Source: a bacterium
GTDB lineage: Bacteria > Patescibacteriota > Minisyncoccia > Phycocordibacterales > Phycocordibacteraceae
Direction: 5' to 3'
DNA length: 64,000 nucleotides
Assembly: GCA_037200965.1 (NCBI GenBank)
Contig: JBBCGK010000001.1
Location: forward strand, 512,001 to 576,000
Shown here: in pieces, positions 46,285 to 55,697 of the stretch
Numbering within the stretch: position 1 is the first letter of the stretch
Layout: every line of letters begins with the position of its first letter
Program-made: the position numbers and the translations under genes
Notes under the pieces: generated by a model
Database searches by the model: none
The model's input: the letters and a program-made list of their open reading frames with translations, nothing else
What the model was told of the DNA's origin: nothing

Positions 46285-48372
46285 ATGACCAAGCGAGCGC
46301 GCGTCCGCCCGAAGCGGCACCACTTCATCCTTACGCTCGCGCTTTTCGCGGCGGGCCTCGTGCTTATCCTCGTCGGCGTCGGCGCGGTATGGATAGCCCT
46401 CGCGCCCACCCCCGACATCGATTCCTTCGCAACCCGGGAGATAAGCCAGTCGACGAAGATATACGACCGTACCGGCACCATCCTCCTCTATGACCTCAAT
46501 ACCGATACCCGGCGCGATATCGTAAGCCTCGCGAGCACGTCGCCCTATGTCCAGAAGGCGACGGTCGCGATCGAGGACGCGGATTTCTATCAGCACTCGG
46601 GCATCCGCATCACCTCGATCTTCCGCGCCATCCTCGCCGACCTCACGCCGGGCGGCCTCACCCAGGGCGGCTCGACCATCACGCAGCAGGTGGTGAAGAA
46701 ATCCATCCTCACGGACGAGAAGAGCATCACCCGCAAGGTGCACGAATGGATACTCGCCATAAAGCTCGAACAGAAATACTCCAAGGATCAGATTCTCGAA
46801 ACGTATCTCAACGAAGTCCCGTACGGCGGCAGCCTCTACGGCATCGAATCGGCAAGCGAGGCGTATTTCGGCACGAATGCGGGAGGGCTCTCGCTCGCCG
46901 AGTCCGCGTATCTCGCCGCAATCCCCCAGGCTCCCACGTACTATTCCCCGTACGGAAGCCACCGCGCCTCGCTTGATGCCCGCCAGGCCCTGGTGCTCGA
47001 GCGCATGAAGGAACTCGGGTTCATAACCGACGAGGAATACGCGGCGGCGAAGGCGGAGGTGGTGACGTTCAACCCGCAGCAGCCTTCCTCGATCATCGCC
47101 CCGCACTTCGTCTTCTATATACGGGAATACCTCGAGAACAAGTACGGCCCGCAGGAACTCGCTTCAGGAGGGCTTAAAGTAGTGACGACGCTCGACGCGG
47201 ATCTTGAGCACGACGCGGAGTCTCTCGTAAACAAGTATGCGCTTGAGAACGTGAAGAAATTCAACGCGAGCAACGCTTCCCTCGTCGCGATCGACCCCAA
47301 GACCGGGCAGATACTCGCGATGGTGGGCTCGAGGGACTATTTCGACAAGGACATCCAGGGGAACTTCAACGCCGCGACCTCACACCGCCAGCCAGGCTCG
47401 ACCTTCAAGCCCTTCGTCTATGCGGCGGCGCTCAGGAAAGGCTTTACGCCCGACACCGCGATATTTGACGTGCCGACCCAGTTCTCCACTTCCTGCAGCC
47501 CCTCGGATATTTATAACGACACCCCTCCCTGCTACGCTCCGAGCGACTATGACGACAAGTTCCGCGGCCCCATGACCTTCACGACGGCGCTCGCGCAGTC
47601 GATCAACGTGCCGGCGGTGAAGACGCTCTATCTCGCGGGAATACAGAACGTGCTCGATGTCGCAAGCGCGATGGGCATCACCTCGCTTGGCGACCGCAAG
47701 CAATACGGACTCTCGCTTGCGCTTGGCGCGGGCGAAGTTTCGCTCCTTGAGCTCACGAGTGCGTACAGCGCCTTCGCCGCCGACGGGGTACGGAATCCTC
47801 CGGTCGGGATACTCTCGGTCACCGACAGCGCCGGAAACACGCTTGAGGAATACACGCCCGCCCCCGAGCAGGCGCTCGATCCGAACGTGGCCCGGGAGAT
47901 GTCCGCCATGCTCTCGAACAACCCGGCCCGGTTCCCCGAATACCCGCCCCAGAATCCGCTCAATATCCCCGGATATGATGTGGCGGTCAAAACGGGAACG
48001 ACGAACGACTATAAGGACGCATGGACGGTCGGCTATACGCCGTCGATCGCGATCGGCGTGTGGGCCGGGAACAACGACAACAGCCAGATGGTGAAGGAGA
48101 TCGCGGGCTATATCGTCGCCCCGATGTGGAACGCGGTGATGGTCAAGGCGCTCGCCAAGTATCCGAAGGAATACTTTGGAGAGCCGATACCACCGCCCGA
48201 GATTTCGCCGATACTTCAGGGCATCTGGAATCCCGAAGGGCAGGTACACAGCGAGCTCTACTGGCTTGATAAAGATAATCCGCAGGGAGGGGCGCCGGGG
48301 AATCCGGGGAACGATCCGCAGTATCGGTACTGGGAGTATGCGGTGCAGTCGTGGTTTGGGAGGTCTATTTGA
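46285..48372 (+). CDS. mrcA: class A penicillin-binding protein 1A (transglycosylase + transpeptidase)
   Basis: GT51 motifs EDADFYQHSGI...GGSTITQQ; transpeptidase SGSTFKP, SxN, KTG(T). Confidence 0.9.
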   Translation: MTKRARVRPKRHHFILTLALFAAGLVLILVGVGAVWIALAPTPDIDSFATREISQSTKIYDRTGTILLYDLNTDTRRDIVSLASTSPYVQKATVAIEDADFYQHSGIRITSIFRAILADLTPGGLTQGGSTITQQVVKKSILTDEKSITRKVHEWILAIKLEQKYSKDQILETYLNEVPYGGSLYGIESASEAYFGTNAGGLSLAESAYLAAIPQAPTYYSPYGSHRASLDARQALVLERMKELGFITDEEYAAAKAEVVTFNPQQPSSIIAPHFVFYIREYLENKYGPQELASGGLKVVTTLDADLEHDAESLVNKYALENVKKFNASNASLVAIDPKTGQILAMVGSRDYFDKDIQGNFNAATSHRQPGSTFKPFVYAAALRKGFTPDTAIFDVPTQFSTSCSPSDIYNDTPPCYAPSDYDDKFRGPMTFTTALAQSINVPAVKTLYLAGIQNVLDVASAMGITSLGDRKQYGLSLALGAGEVSLLELTSAYSAFAADGVRNPPVGILSVTDSAGNTLEEYTPAPEQALDPNVAREMSAMLSNNPARFPEYPPQNPLNIPGYDVAVKTGTTNDYKDAWTVGYTPSIAIGVWAGNNDNSQMVKEIAGYIVAPMWNAVMVKALAKYPKEYFGEPIPPPEISPILQGIWNPEGQVHSELYWLDKDNPQGGAPGNPGNDPQYRYWEYAVQSWFGRSI

Positions 48373-48384
48373 GAAGGAATAACC

Positions 48385-48465
48385 TTGCGCGAGTTGGTCG
48401 TCTAAGACGATTTTGGAACATGCCCTGGCACAGCGAGGTTCGAACCCCGACAACGGAGCACGACA
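48385..48465 (+). repeat. intergenic repeat family, copy A (degenerate, partially duplicated)
   Basis: ccttgcgcgagttggtcg...ccctggcacagcgaggttcgaacc resembles copies B/C. Confidence 0.45.
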
Positions 48466-48554
48466 TTGACAGTAGTAACATAGTTTAGTACAAGGATTAT
48501 AGGGTCTAGATTCTTCCGGCAGTTCCAATCTTCTGTCGCGCTCAGGAGGGCATC

Positions 48555-48806
48555 ATGTATTACTCTGAATCTTTGAGCCGCCTCGGCTTCAAGAAAGTTA
48601 CCGGGCCTGTGCCCTGTCTGCACCGGACGCATCGCGGCGTTTATACCACCGGAGAATATTTTGGCACGGTGTGGACCTGCGCCAGCGACGAAGACTATGC
48701 TCTGTGGATCAAGAAAGGAAATGGTGAGATTGGTCAGTATGGCTTTACGAAGGTCTCCAACCTTTCCGTGGATATAACAGGGCTTGAACCGGTTCCCTTG
48801 GAGTAA
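48555..48806 (+). CDS. hypothetical small protein (83 aa)
   Basis: Low-GC ORF ending inside a strong terminator hairpin. Confidence 0.35.
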   Translation: MYYSESLSRLGFKKVTGPVPCLHRTHRGVYTTGEYFGTVWTCASDEDYALWIKKGNGEIGQYGFTKVSNLSVDITGLEPVPLE

Positions 48807-48822
48807 GGGAGCCGGTTTTTTG
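48789..48822 (+). terminator. rho-independent terminator
   Basis: ccggttccctt-ggagt-aagggagccgg followed by tttttt. Confidence 0.6.
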
Positions 48823-48949
48823 AACGTCTTCCACCAACCTGATTTGAATATTCTTCGTGAAAATGTCAGCTAGCCGTCCGGCACGAAGTTGGAGCCTTAG
48901 CTCAAGAAAAAACGTATATTTATTTTAACCCATAGCGACTCATGAAAGT

Positions 48950-48987
48950 TATGGGCCGACCGTCTCGAGCGCGCAAGGGAAACTGTC
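48950..48987 (-). repeat. intergenic repeat family, partial copy D (inverted orientation)
   Basis: gggccgaccgtctcgagcgcgcaaggg resembles ..tggccgcctcgag / caagcgcg of copies B/C. Confidence 0.35.
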
Positions 48988-50343
48988 TTACTCAACCCTT
49001 ATTAGCGGCGTTGCCCCGAAAGTAACCTTCTGTGGTATTCCGTCCTTTATATCGCTAAATGTAGCTATTTCCCCTCTCGAACTAAATCCGCTCCCTCCTT
49101 TTAATAGGAACTTACTTTCATCTATCGACTGAAGAATCGTTTTATTGCTACCAAATAGTGGAGAGCTTGTATTCATATCAAAAGAAACTAGCGTATCTTT
49201 TATCTTAACTACTACCTTGTCTTCTCCAGAATTCCGATAAATACCTTCGTATTTTATACCATCAACTTTATTTTCCGACGTGTAATCAGAATTATTTTCA
49301 GTAAGACTGTATATTGCTTGAAAAATGCTCTGGGCATATGCCCATACCGGAGCTTTTGAGGTATTTGCGAGCACAACAACACCAAGTTCATTCCCGTAAT
49401 CAATGGCAACCTTTGATACAAAACCTTTGAAGCCTCCGCCATGGCCATATACTTTTTTAGAACTAACGTCATACATTTCAATCCCTAAACAGTATTTATC
49501 CGTACTCCTGGTATAGAAATCAGGCTCTGTAACCATACTTTGTTTAGATTCATTCTTTAAAAGAATCTCTGGTGCCTTAAACGGGAAGGTGGCTATATAT
49601 CTTGCAAGATCAATAGCATTTGAAATAAAGCCAGTCGCTGGCGCATAGGCATTAGCAGAGTAATGCCCGTACTTTTCCCTTTCCTGACCTGGTATTTCTC
49701 GTCCAAGGCCATTAGCAAGACCTCCTATATCTTTTTTATAATCAGTGAAGGTTGAGACCATGTCTAGCCTATCTAAGATATTTGCTTGAATATATTCCTC
49801 ATAAGACAGGCCGCTTACAGCAGCAATAAGTTCGCCTAAAACCGCGAAGCCGTAATTGGAGTATTTGAACTGAGAAGATGGTTTAAAAACCAAAGCTTCG
49901 TCTAAAAGAAGCTGAAGCGTCGTGGGGAATTCACCTGTAAACCAATGGGGTGTAGTACCTTCGCTCCAAATACCAGACGTGTGAGACAGTAATTCGTTAA
50001 TTGTAATATCTTCTAATTTGCCGTTTTCATTCTCTCCTTTGAACCATGGGAGATACTTTGAGACTGAATCTGTGAGTTTGATCTTTTCTTCTTCTACGAG
50101 TTGAAAAACTGCAACCGATGTAAACATCTTTGAAACAGAACCAATGTGATATAGGGTGTTTTCACTAACTTCAATCTTTTTTTCTAGGTCAGCATATCCA
50201 AAACCCTTCTTATACAAAACTTCTCCTTTATAAATAATTGCAATTGAAACACCAAGCACTTTATCGTATTGCAGTCTTAAAGGAAGCCATACCTCCAATA
50301 GATGCGCGACTTCTTTGATTGCTGATTTAATGTCGATCTCCAC
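48988..50343 (-). CDS. serine hydrolase, beta-lactamase/PBP-like (class C/AmpC-type fold)
   Basis: SxxK motif GSVSKMFTSVAV; YxN and KTG-like regions; GC ~38%. Start set at GVG (GTG, ~50343); the track ORF runs to 50406 through repeat copy B. Confidence 0.7.
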   Translation of the reverse strand: MEIDIKSAIKEVAHLLEVWLPLRLQYDKVLGVSIAIIYKGEVLYKKGFGYADLEKKIEVSENTLYHIGSVSKMFTSVAVFQLVEEEKIKLTDSVSKYLPWFKGENENGKLEDITINELLSHTSGIWSEGTTPHWFTGEFPTTLQLLLDEALVFKPSSQFKYSNYGFAVLGELIAAVSGLSYEEYIQANILDRLDMVSTFTDYKKDIGGLANGLGREIPGQEREKYGHYSANAYAPATGFISNAIDLARYIATFPFKAPEILLKNESKQSMVTEPDFYTRSTDKYCLGIEMYDVSSKKVYGHGGGFKGFVSKVAIDYGNELGVVVLANTSKAPVWAYAQSIFQAIYSLTENNSDYTSENKVDGIKYEGIYRNSGEDKVVVKIKDTLVSFDMNTSSPLFGSNKTILQSIDESKFLLKGGSGFSSRGEIATFSDIKDGIPQKVTFGATPLIRVE

Positions 50344-50395
50344 AACTATAATTGTAGTACAAAAAATGAAGTACCACGAGCAGTACGATTGTTCT

Positions 50396-50455
50396 GCGCC
50401 TCTCAAGCGCGAAACCCTGGCACGAGTTGGCTGGCCGCCTCGAGTTCGAACCGTA
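50396..50455 (+). repeat. intergenic repeat family, copy B
   Basis: caagcgcgaaaccctggcacgagttggctggccgcctcgagttcgaacc. Confidence 0.55.
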
Positions 50456-50528
50456 TAGAGACAAGTCCGGGTTAGTACGTTTGATGAGTTTCGAGAATAT
50501 AAAACGATGCGTCTCGTGCGGCGAGGAC

Positions 50529-50903
50529 TTAGTTACCAAATACTACTTCTACATTATTTCCATCTGGATCTAGTACAAATGCTCCGTAGTAGTTTTCGTG
50601 ATATTCAGACCTAATACCTGGTGTTCCGTTATCTCTTCCTCCCGCATCAAGAGCTAATTTATGGAACTCATCCACCTCCTGTCTTGATTGAGCTTTCCAA
50701 GCGATGTGTGCTGGACCACTTATGGGTGCTTCACCGGCAAAGAACGTATTTGTCTTACCATCCTTTCCGAAGCCAATAACACGAACATGATCTTCATATG
50801 TTTGATCAAAGTTCAGTGAATATCCAAGGGGAGAAAGCGCAGCAGAATAGAATCGAGCTGTAGCTGCAATGTCACTTACTTTAAAAGTTATATGGTCGAG
50901 CAT
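50529..50903 (-). CDS. VOC-family protein (glyoxalase/bleomycin-resistance fold)
   Basis: MLDHITFKVSDIAATARFY...HIAW...GAFVLDPDGNNVEVV. Confidence 0.75.
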   Translation of the reverse strand: MLDHITFKVSDIAATARFYSAALSPLGYSLNFDQTYEDHVRVIGFGKDGKTNTFFAGEAPISGPAHIAWKAQSRQEVDEFHKLALDAGGRDNGTPGIRSEYHENYYGAFVLDPDGNNVEVVFGN

Positions 50904-50915
50904 ATATGAATTATA

Positions 50916-51566
50916 TCAGCGCGGTTCTTCTTCGGTTGCTGTAGGCTCATCTTGTACAGACGCCTGTTTAGCTGCAGGAAGTGCTCGGGCTCGACGGAAT
51001 TTATAAAATCCCTCCAGTGCTGAAATGACTGCATCGATTACTTCGTTTGCATCCTCTTTGGTTACTGGCGCCGCTAAATCATCTGGGTGCATAACGTCAT
51101 TACGGCCGAGTCGAGCAACTGTGCTATCTGCAAATTGATCTGCATCGATCGCATCTCCATTCTTTAGCAACTCCAATCTCTTTTTTAGGCTCTTTCCCGC
51201 ATCTGAAGGTGACTTTAAGAATGCATTTACAAGTGCATCAAGCATAATTCCCGCTAAGGCAACTGAACTTCTGTAATTGCCATTATTGAACTCGACATAC
51301 ATTTCACCGCAGATCTCGCGGTAATTCTCTGGGAGCCAAGATGGTACTTGATGAGTTGAAATTACTGGATAAACGAATTTTACTCTGTTTTTAAATCCTG
51401 GCTCATGTTCGACGACAAAAGCATGCCCTCCCGGACATTCAACTACGCAGACGGTTTGTCCTTCACGGAACTGGTGTTGCCAAACTTCTGCAAAATAGGA
51501 GTGCAGCCCACACCTAGGACAATTGCCACTCCATCTATTTCCGTCTGTCCATGTCATTTGAATCAT
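50916..51566 (-). CDS. hypothetical protein with N-terminal zinc ribbon and DUF4145-like C-terminus
   Basis: CPRCG...C..C then helical C-terminal region with RNDVMHPD motif. Confidence 0.4.
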   Translation of the reverse strand: MIQMTWTDGNRWSGNCPRCGLHSYFAEVWQHQFREGQTVCVVECPGGHAFVVEHEPGFKNRVKFVYPVISTHQVPSWLPENYREICGEMYVEFNNGNYRSSVALAGIMLDALVNAFLKSPSDAGKSLKKRLELLKNGDAIDADQFADSTVARLGRNDVMHPDDLAAPVTKEDANEVIDAVISALEGFYKFRRARALPAAKQASVQDEPTATEEEPR

Positions 51567-51604
51567 ATTTTCATTATATCGCTTCTTGCGATTTTGCTAA
51601 GCGA

Positions 51605-51660
51605 CGCCTCCCAAGCGCGAAACCCTAGCACGAGTTGGGTGGCCGTCTCAGACTCGAATA
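51605..51660 (+). repeat. intergenic repeat family, copy C
   Basis: ccaagcgcgaaaccctagcacgagttgggtggccgtctcagactcgaata, ~88% identical to copy B. Confidence 0.55.
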
Positions 51661-51931
51661 CTAAGCTTGTTATCGAATCCCCTTCACCGCCACCCCCGCC
51701 CCCCGGAGCGCATCCGTTATGGCCGCCTCTCGCAGATGCATTTCGGACTTAATCACAGGGGATACTTTAAGCGACACGGTCTCGTCCTCATAAGACACCT
51801 GGCTCGCCTTTATCGTAAGGCCAAGGACGCTGCTTATGGTCTCCGCGCACACCCTCCGCCTCTCGGACTGCCGGAGGCCCGGTACCGGGTGCTTGAGCAA
51901 TATGTCCGAGAGGGATTTCATGGAGAGTCAG

Positions 51932-53032
51932 CTACTGATTCATCGGCATCACAAGATACAGGAACGACGCATCGCCGACACCCTTTATAACGAGCGGCCT
52001 TCCGACTCCCCCGGCAGAAAGCGTGACACTCTCCGCGCCTGAAAGCGCCACCGCAGCCTGAAGATAACGATGGTTGAAGGAAAGCTCGATATTCTCTCCT
52101 GTAAGACTCCCAGAAATGGTCTCGGAAGATTCTCCGACATCCGCATTCCTGGCCTGGAGCGAAATCTGCTTCTTCTCCTTATCAAACGCCATACGCACCT
52201 TCTGGAACGAGTCGGAGAAGATCGTGGTGCGCTTGAGCGCGGCATCAAGATCCCTCCGGAGCACGGTCGCTTCCGCCGAAAACGTCTTCGGGATGATCTG
52301 GCGATAGTCGGGATAGTTTCCGCTCACAAGCCTCGTGGTCACGAGACTCCCGCCCCACCCGATGGCGCACTGGTGCTCGTCGATCGAGAGCGTCACCGCC
52401 TCGTCCGGAAGCGTCTGTACGATATCCAGAGCATTCTTTGCGGGGATAAGGAGCGAGAATGAGGGGACGGAGCCTGGAAGCGAGGTGTGCTTCTCGGCAA
52501 GACGGAAGGAGTCCGTAGCGGCGGTAACGAGCGACCCTCCCTCGCTTGCGACAAGCACGCTCGCGAGCTCCGGGCGTATGGTCGAAGTGGAGGCGCAGGA
52601 AACGACCGAGTTGAGCGCTGTGCGAAGGAGGGTGCCCGGAATCTGGAACGTGCTCTTTGGGGACTCGGGAAACGGTATCGTCGGGAAATCCTCGTACGGC
52701 ACGGTCTTAAGGACGCCGCGGGACGTGCCGGAAGAAAGCACGACGGTATCCCCGGTCCGCTCGAGCGTCACGGACCCGTTCCCCTGAAGCGCACTCGCGA
52801 CTTGCTGGAGGAGGTTCGCGGGGAGCGCGACCACGCCCGGAGTCTTTATCTCCCCGTCCGCCTTGAGATCGACGCCGACTTCGAGATTTGTGGCACGGAA
52901 TTTGATGCCGTCATCCCCCGCAACAATCAGGATCGAAGAGAGCGCGGGAAGCGTCGCGGAGCCCCGCTGTGCGAATCGCGCCGCCGTATGCACTACTTCC
53001 GCGAGTCCTTTCTTTTCTAAAATAATAAGCAT
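51932..53032 (-). CDS. dnaN: DNA polymerase III beta sliding clamp
   Basis: Three-domain clamp, ~366 aa, immediately downstream of dnaA. Confidence 0.9.
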   Translation of the reverse strand: MLIILEKKGLAEVVHTAARFAQRGSATLPALSSILIVAGDDGIKFRATNLEVGVDLKADGEIKTPGVVALPANLLQQVASALQGNGSVTLERTGDTVVLSSGTSRGVLKTVPYEDFPTIPFPESPKSTFQIPGTLLRTALNSVVSCASTSTIRPELASVLVASEGGSLVTAATDSFRLAEKHTSLPGSVPSFSLLIPAKNALDIVQTLPDEAVTLSIDEHQCAIGWGGSLVTTRLVSGNYPDYRQIIPKTFSAEATVLRRDLDAALKRTTIFSDSFQKVRMAFDKEKKQISLQARNADVGESSETISGSLTGENIELSFNHRYLQAAVALSGAESVTLSAGGVGRPLVIKGVGDASFLYLVMPMNQ

Positions 53033-53247
53033 AAATACTAATACTATTAGCTCTGTGGATATCGGGAAAACTCCCGCAAGCCCCGCATGTACGGGGCCGT
53101 TTCGGAAACCCCCGGCTGCATAACTCCGCTTTTATCTCCAGAAACCGGCGCGGAAGAAAACCGACCGGGAGCGGAGAACGGTTCCATCCGGAGTTTTCCC
53201 GCCGATGTCCCTGTTTTTGTACGGAGGTTATACATACGTAATCCCCA
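53033..53247. promoter_or_regulatory. candidate oriC (dnaA-dnaN spacer with DnaA-box-like sites)
   Basis: TGTGGATAT (53054-53062; rc ATATCCACA, 8/9 to consensus), TTATCTCCA (53132-53140), and an AT-rich 3' part. Confidence 0.4.
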
Positions 53248-54597
53248 TTATACCAACATGGTACGGATGTCCTGGATCTCCTTCGCGAGGTCGCTGTTGT
53301 CGATGATTTCACGCTTCACCTTCTCGCAGGAGTGGATGACGGTGGTATGGTCGCGCCCCCCGAGCTTCGAGCCGATGGTCGGATACGAGATGCTGAAGTC
53401 CTCGCGAAGGAGGTACATGATCACCTGCCGCGGCCGCACCACTTCCCTCCTGCGGGTCTTCTCATAGATGCTTTCCTCGCCGATGCCGTAGAATTCGGCG
53501 ACCTTCGAGACGATATGCTTCACCGAGACCGTCTTTGACGGTCTCGCGAAGGACCGGAGCGACTGCCGTATCTCGGCGATGTCCGGCGGCACCCCTTTCA
53601 CCTGCGTGTGGCAGACGACGCTGTTCACGACTCCTTCGAGCTCCCTGATAGACCCCGGGACCGAGAGCGCGATATACTCCGCGACCTCGTCCGCGAGCGT
53701 AACCCCGTGGGACGCGGCCTTGCGCCGGATGATCGCAACCCTCGACTCGGTGTCGGGTTCCCCGATATCGACCGCCATGCCGCTTGAGAAGCGGCTCCTG
53801 AGCCGCTCCGCGATGTCGGGGATAGCCGCGGGAGCGCGGTCCGAGGAGAAGATGATCTGCTTGTTGTTGTCGTGGAGGGTATTGAAGAGGTGGAAGAGTT
53901 CCTCCTGATATTTTTCCTTCTTCGCAAGGAACTGTACGTCGTCCATGATGAGGAGATCGTACTGGCGGTACTTGTCCTTGAAACGGTTCGGATTGCCCGC
54001 CTGGAGCGAGTCGCTGTATTCGACGCAGAACTTCTCCGAAGTGAGATAGAAGACCTTGCGGGTCGGATAGAGCTTCTTGAATTGGTTGCCGATCGACTGG
54101 ATGAGGTGGGTCTTCCCCCGCCCGGTGTCGCCATAGATGAAGAGCGGGTTGTACATGATCCCCGGGCGCTGTATCACCGCCTGCGCGGCGCTATAGGCAA
54201 GCTCGTTGAAGGAGCCGATGACGAACGAATCGAAGGTGTAGCGGGGGTTCAGGTTGTCGCTTTTGTTGATATAGAAGTCGTCAAGCGGCATCGAGACGGT
54301 CTGGCGGTCGGTTTTCTGCTCCCTGGCGGGCTTCCGGCGCTCGTCTTTCACGATCGCGTACTCGATATTGCGGAACTCGTAGGAGACGCCCCGGATGATC
54401 TTGAGGAGAAGGGCGTTGAAATGCTTCAGATACCAGTCGCGGAAGAAGGGGCTCGGGACGCCTACCTGCACGATCCCGTCCTCTATCTTCACGATATGGC
54501 TCGCGCCGAACCAGGTCTTGAAATTAGCCGGGGAAACGGAGAGCTCTACCTGCGTCAGCACGTGTTCCCAGAGCTCTCTCGGATCGGTACGGTTCAT
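53248..54597 (-). CDS. dnaA: chromosomal replication initiator DnaA
   Basis: AAA+ motif IYGDTGRGKTHL...; C-terminal DNA-binding domain. Confidence 0.9.
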   Translation of the reverse strand: MNRTDPRELWEHVLTQVELSVSPANFKTWFGASHIVKIEDGIVQVGVPSPFFRDWYLKHFNALLLKIIRGVSYEFRNIEYAIVKDERRKPAREQKTDRQTVSMPLDDFYINKSDNLNPRYTFDSFVIGSFNELAYSAAQAVIQRPGIMYNPLFIYGDTGRGKTHLIQSIGNQFKKLYPTRKVFYLTSEKFCVEYSDSLQAGNPNRFKDKYRQYDLLIMDDVQFLAKKEKYQEELFHLFNTLHDNNKQIIFSSDRAPAAIPDIAERLRSRFSSGMAVDIGEPDTESRVAIIRRKAASHGVTLADEVAEYIALSVPGSIRELEGVVNSVVCHTQVKGVPPDIAEIRQSLRSFARPSKTVSVKHIVSKVAEFYGIGEESIYEKTRRREVVRPRQVIMYLLREDFSISYPTIGSKLGGRDHTTVIHSCEKVKREIIDNSDLAKEIQDIRTMLV

Positions 54598-54706
54598 CGT
54601 CGCGTCATTATACGCGTCCGGTCCGGAATGGGTAGCGGGCGGTTTCGTTGCTTCTCCGGGGAGAAGCTGTTAATATCCTGTGTATAGTCGAATTCATACC
54701 TGACGC

Positions 54707-54865
54707 ATGTCCACCAAGCGAACCTATCAGCCGAAAAAGCGAAAGCGCGCCCGCGCGCACGGATACCGCGCCCGCGCGAAGACCCCGGGCGGCCGCCGCG
54801 TCCTCAAGCGCCGCATGCAGAAGGGCCGCAAGAAGCTCACGGTCTCGAAGCCGCGCCTCGTCTAG
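54707..54865 (+). CDS. rpmH: 50S ribosomal protein L34 (not in ORF track)
   Basis: [52 protein letters not shown]. Confidence 0.85.
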   Translation: MSTKRTYQPKKRKRARAHGYRARAKTPGGRRVLKRRMQKGRKKLTVSKPRLV

Positions 54866-54874
54866 CCAAAAGCC

Positions 54875-55186
54875 ATGTTTCCGCGCGAAAAGCGCGTTTC
54901 CCGCGAGGATTTCCCGAAGCTTCTTGCTTCGCGCACGAGGCTTTTCTCCCCCCACTTCTCCGCTACCCTCTCCGAAACCTCCGCAGGGGTCGCGGCCGTG
55001 GTGTCGAAGAAGGTTGAGAAGACGTCGGTCGGAAGACACAGGCTAAAACGCCGGATTCTGGGCGTTTTAGCGTCGTATAACACGCTTCCGGCGCTCGGGA
55101 TCATCGTATTTGCGAAAGCCGGAGCCGCAGCCCTTAGCTCAAAAGAGCTTCGGGAAGAGCTCCGGGAGCTTTTCAGAAAAGTGTAG
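54875..55186 (+). CDS. rnpA: ribonuclease P protein component
   Basis: VSKKVEKTSVGRHRLKRRI motif; follows rpmH. Confidence 0.8.
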   Translation: MFPREKRVSREDFPKLLASRTRLFSPHFSATLSETSAGVAAVVSKKVEKTSVGRHRLKRRILGVLASYNTLPALGIIVFAKAGAAALSSKELREELRELFRKV

Positions 55187-55226
55187 CCCAAATAAAGCCG
55201 CAGACCTTATCTGCTACCATTACCCT

Positions 55227-55652
55227 ATGGCAACAATAAATCCCTGGATTAACTTCAACGGCAATGCCGAAGAAGCCTTTATGTTTTACAAATCAGTATT
55301 TGGCGGTGAGTTTACAAAGATTATCCGTTTGAAAGATCTTGCGAGTTCCGAGTTTCCCGTAGCGGACGCGGATGCGGAGAAAATCATGCTCATCGCCCTG
55401 CCGATTGGCAAGAACAGCGTATTGATGGCAAATGACGTACCCTCATTTATGGGTAGGGTGAGTGAAAATGAAAACCGAAGTAAAATCTCGGTCAGTACAG
55501 AGAGCAAGGAGGAAGCGGAGGCTATATTTGAAGGCCTCTCGGCAGGAGGGCAAGTCGAAGCGCCGCTCGGTGAGAGTGCGTGGGGAACCTATTTTGGCAT
55601 GTTCAGGGACAAATATGGCATCGAGTGGATAGTGGAGTTTCGATTTGAATAA
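55227..55652 (+). CDS. VOC-family protein (PhnB/glyoxalase-like)
   Basis: MATINPWINFNGNAEEAFMFYKSVFGGEF...GMFRDKYGIEWIV; lower GC. Confidence 0.65.
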   Translation: MATINPWINFNGNAEEAFMFYKSVFGGEFTKIIRLKDLASSEFPVADADAEKIMLIALPIGKNSVLMANDVPSFMGRVSENENRSKISVSTESKEEAEAIFEGLSAGGQVEAPLGESAWGTYFGMFRDKYGIEWIVEFRFE

Positions 55653-55697
55653 GTTTTTAATCAAAAGGCGCACAATCTTAACCCCGCTTAGACTCTC

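Noticed and set aside
47380-48528. 382-aa minus-strand ORF opposite PBP1A
   Set aside because: Antisense artefact, Arg/Pro-rich.
48385-51660. Possibility that the island repeats are a CRISPR array, integron attC sites or tRNA fragments
   Set aside because: Only 3-4 copies at irregular 1.5-2 kb spacing with no short regular spacers, so not CRISPR. No convincing imperfect-palindrome attC structure and no intI nearby. The TTCGAAC-containing stretch does not fold as a tRNA T-arm.
53872-54687. 271-aa plus-strand ORF opposite dnaA
   Set aside because: Antisense artefact.
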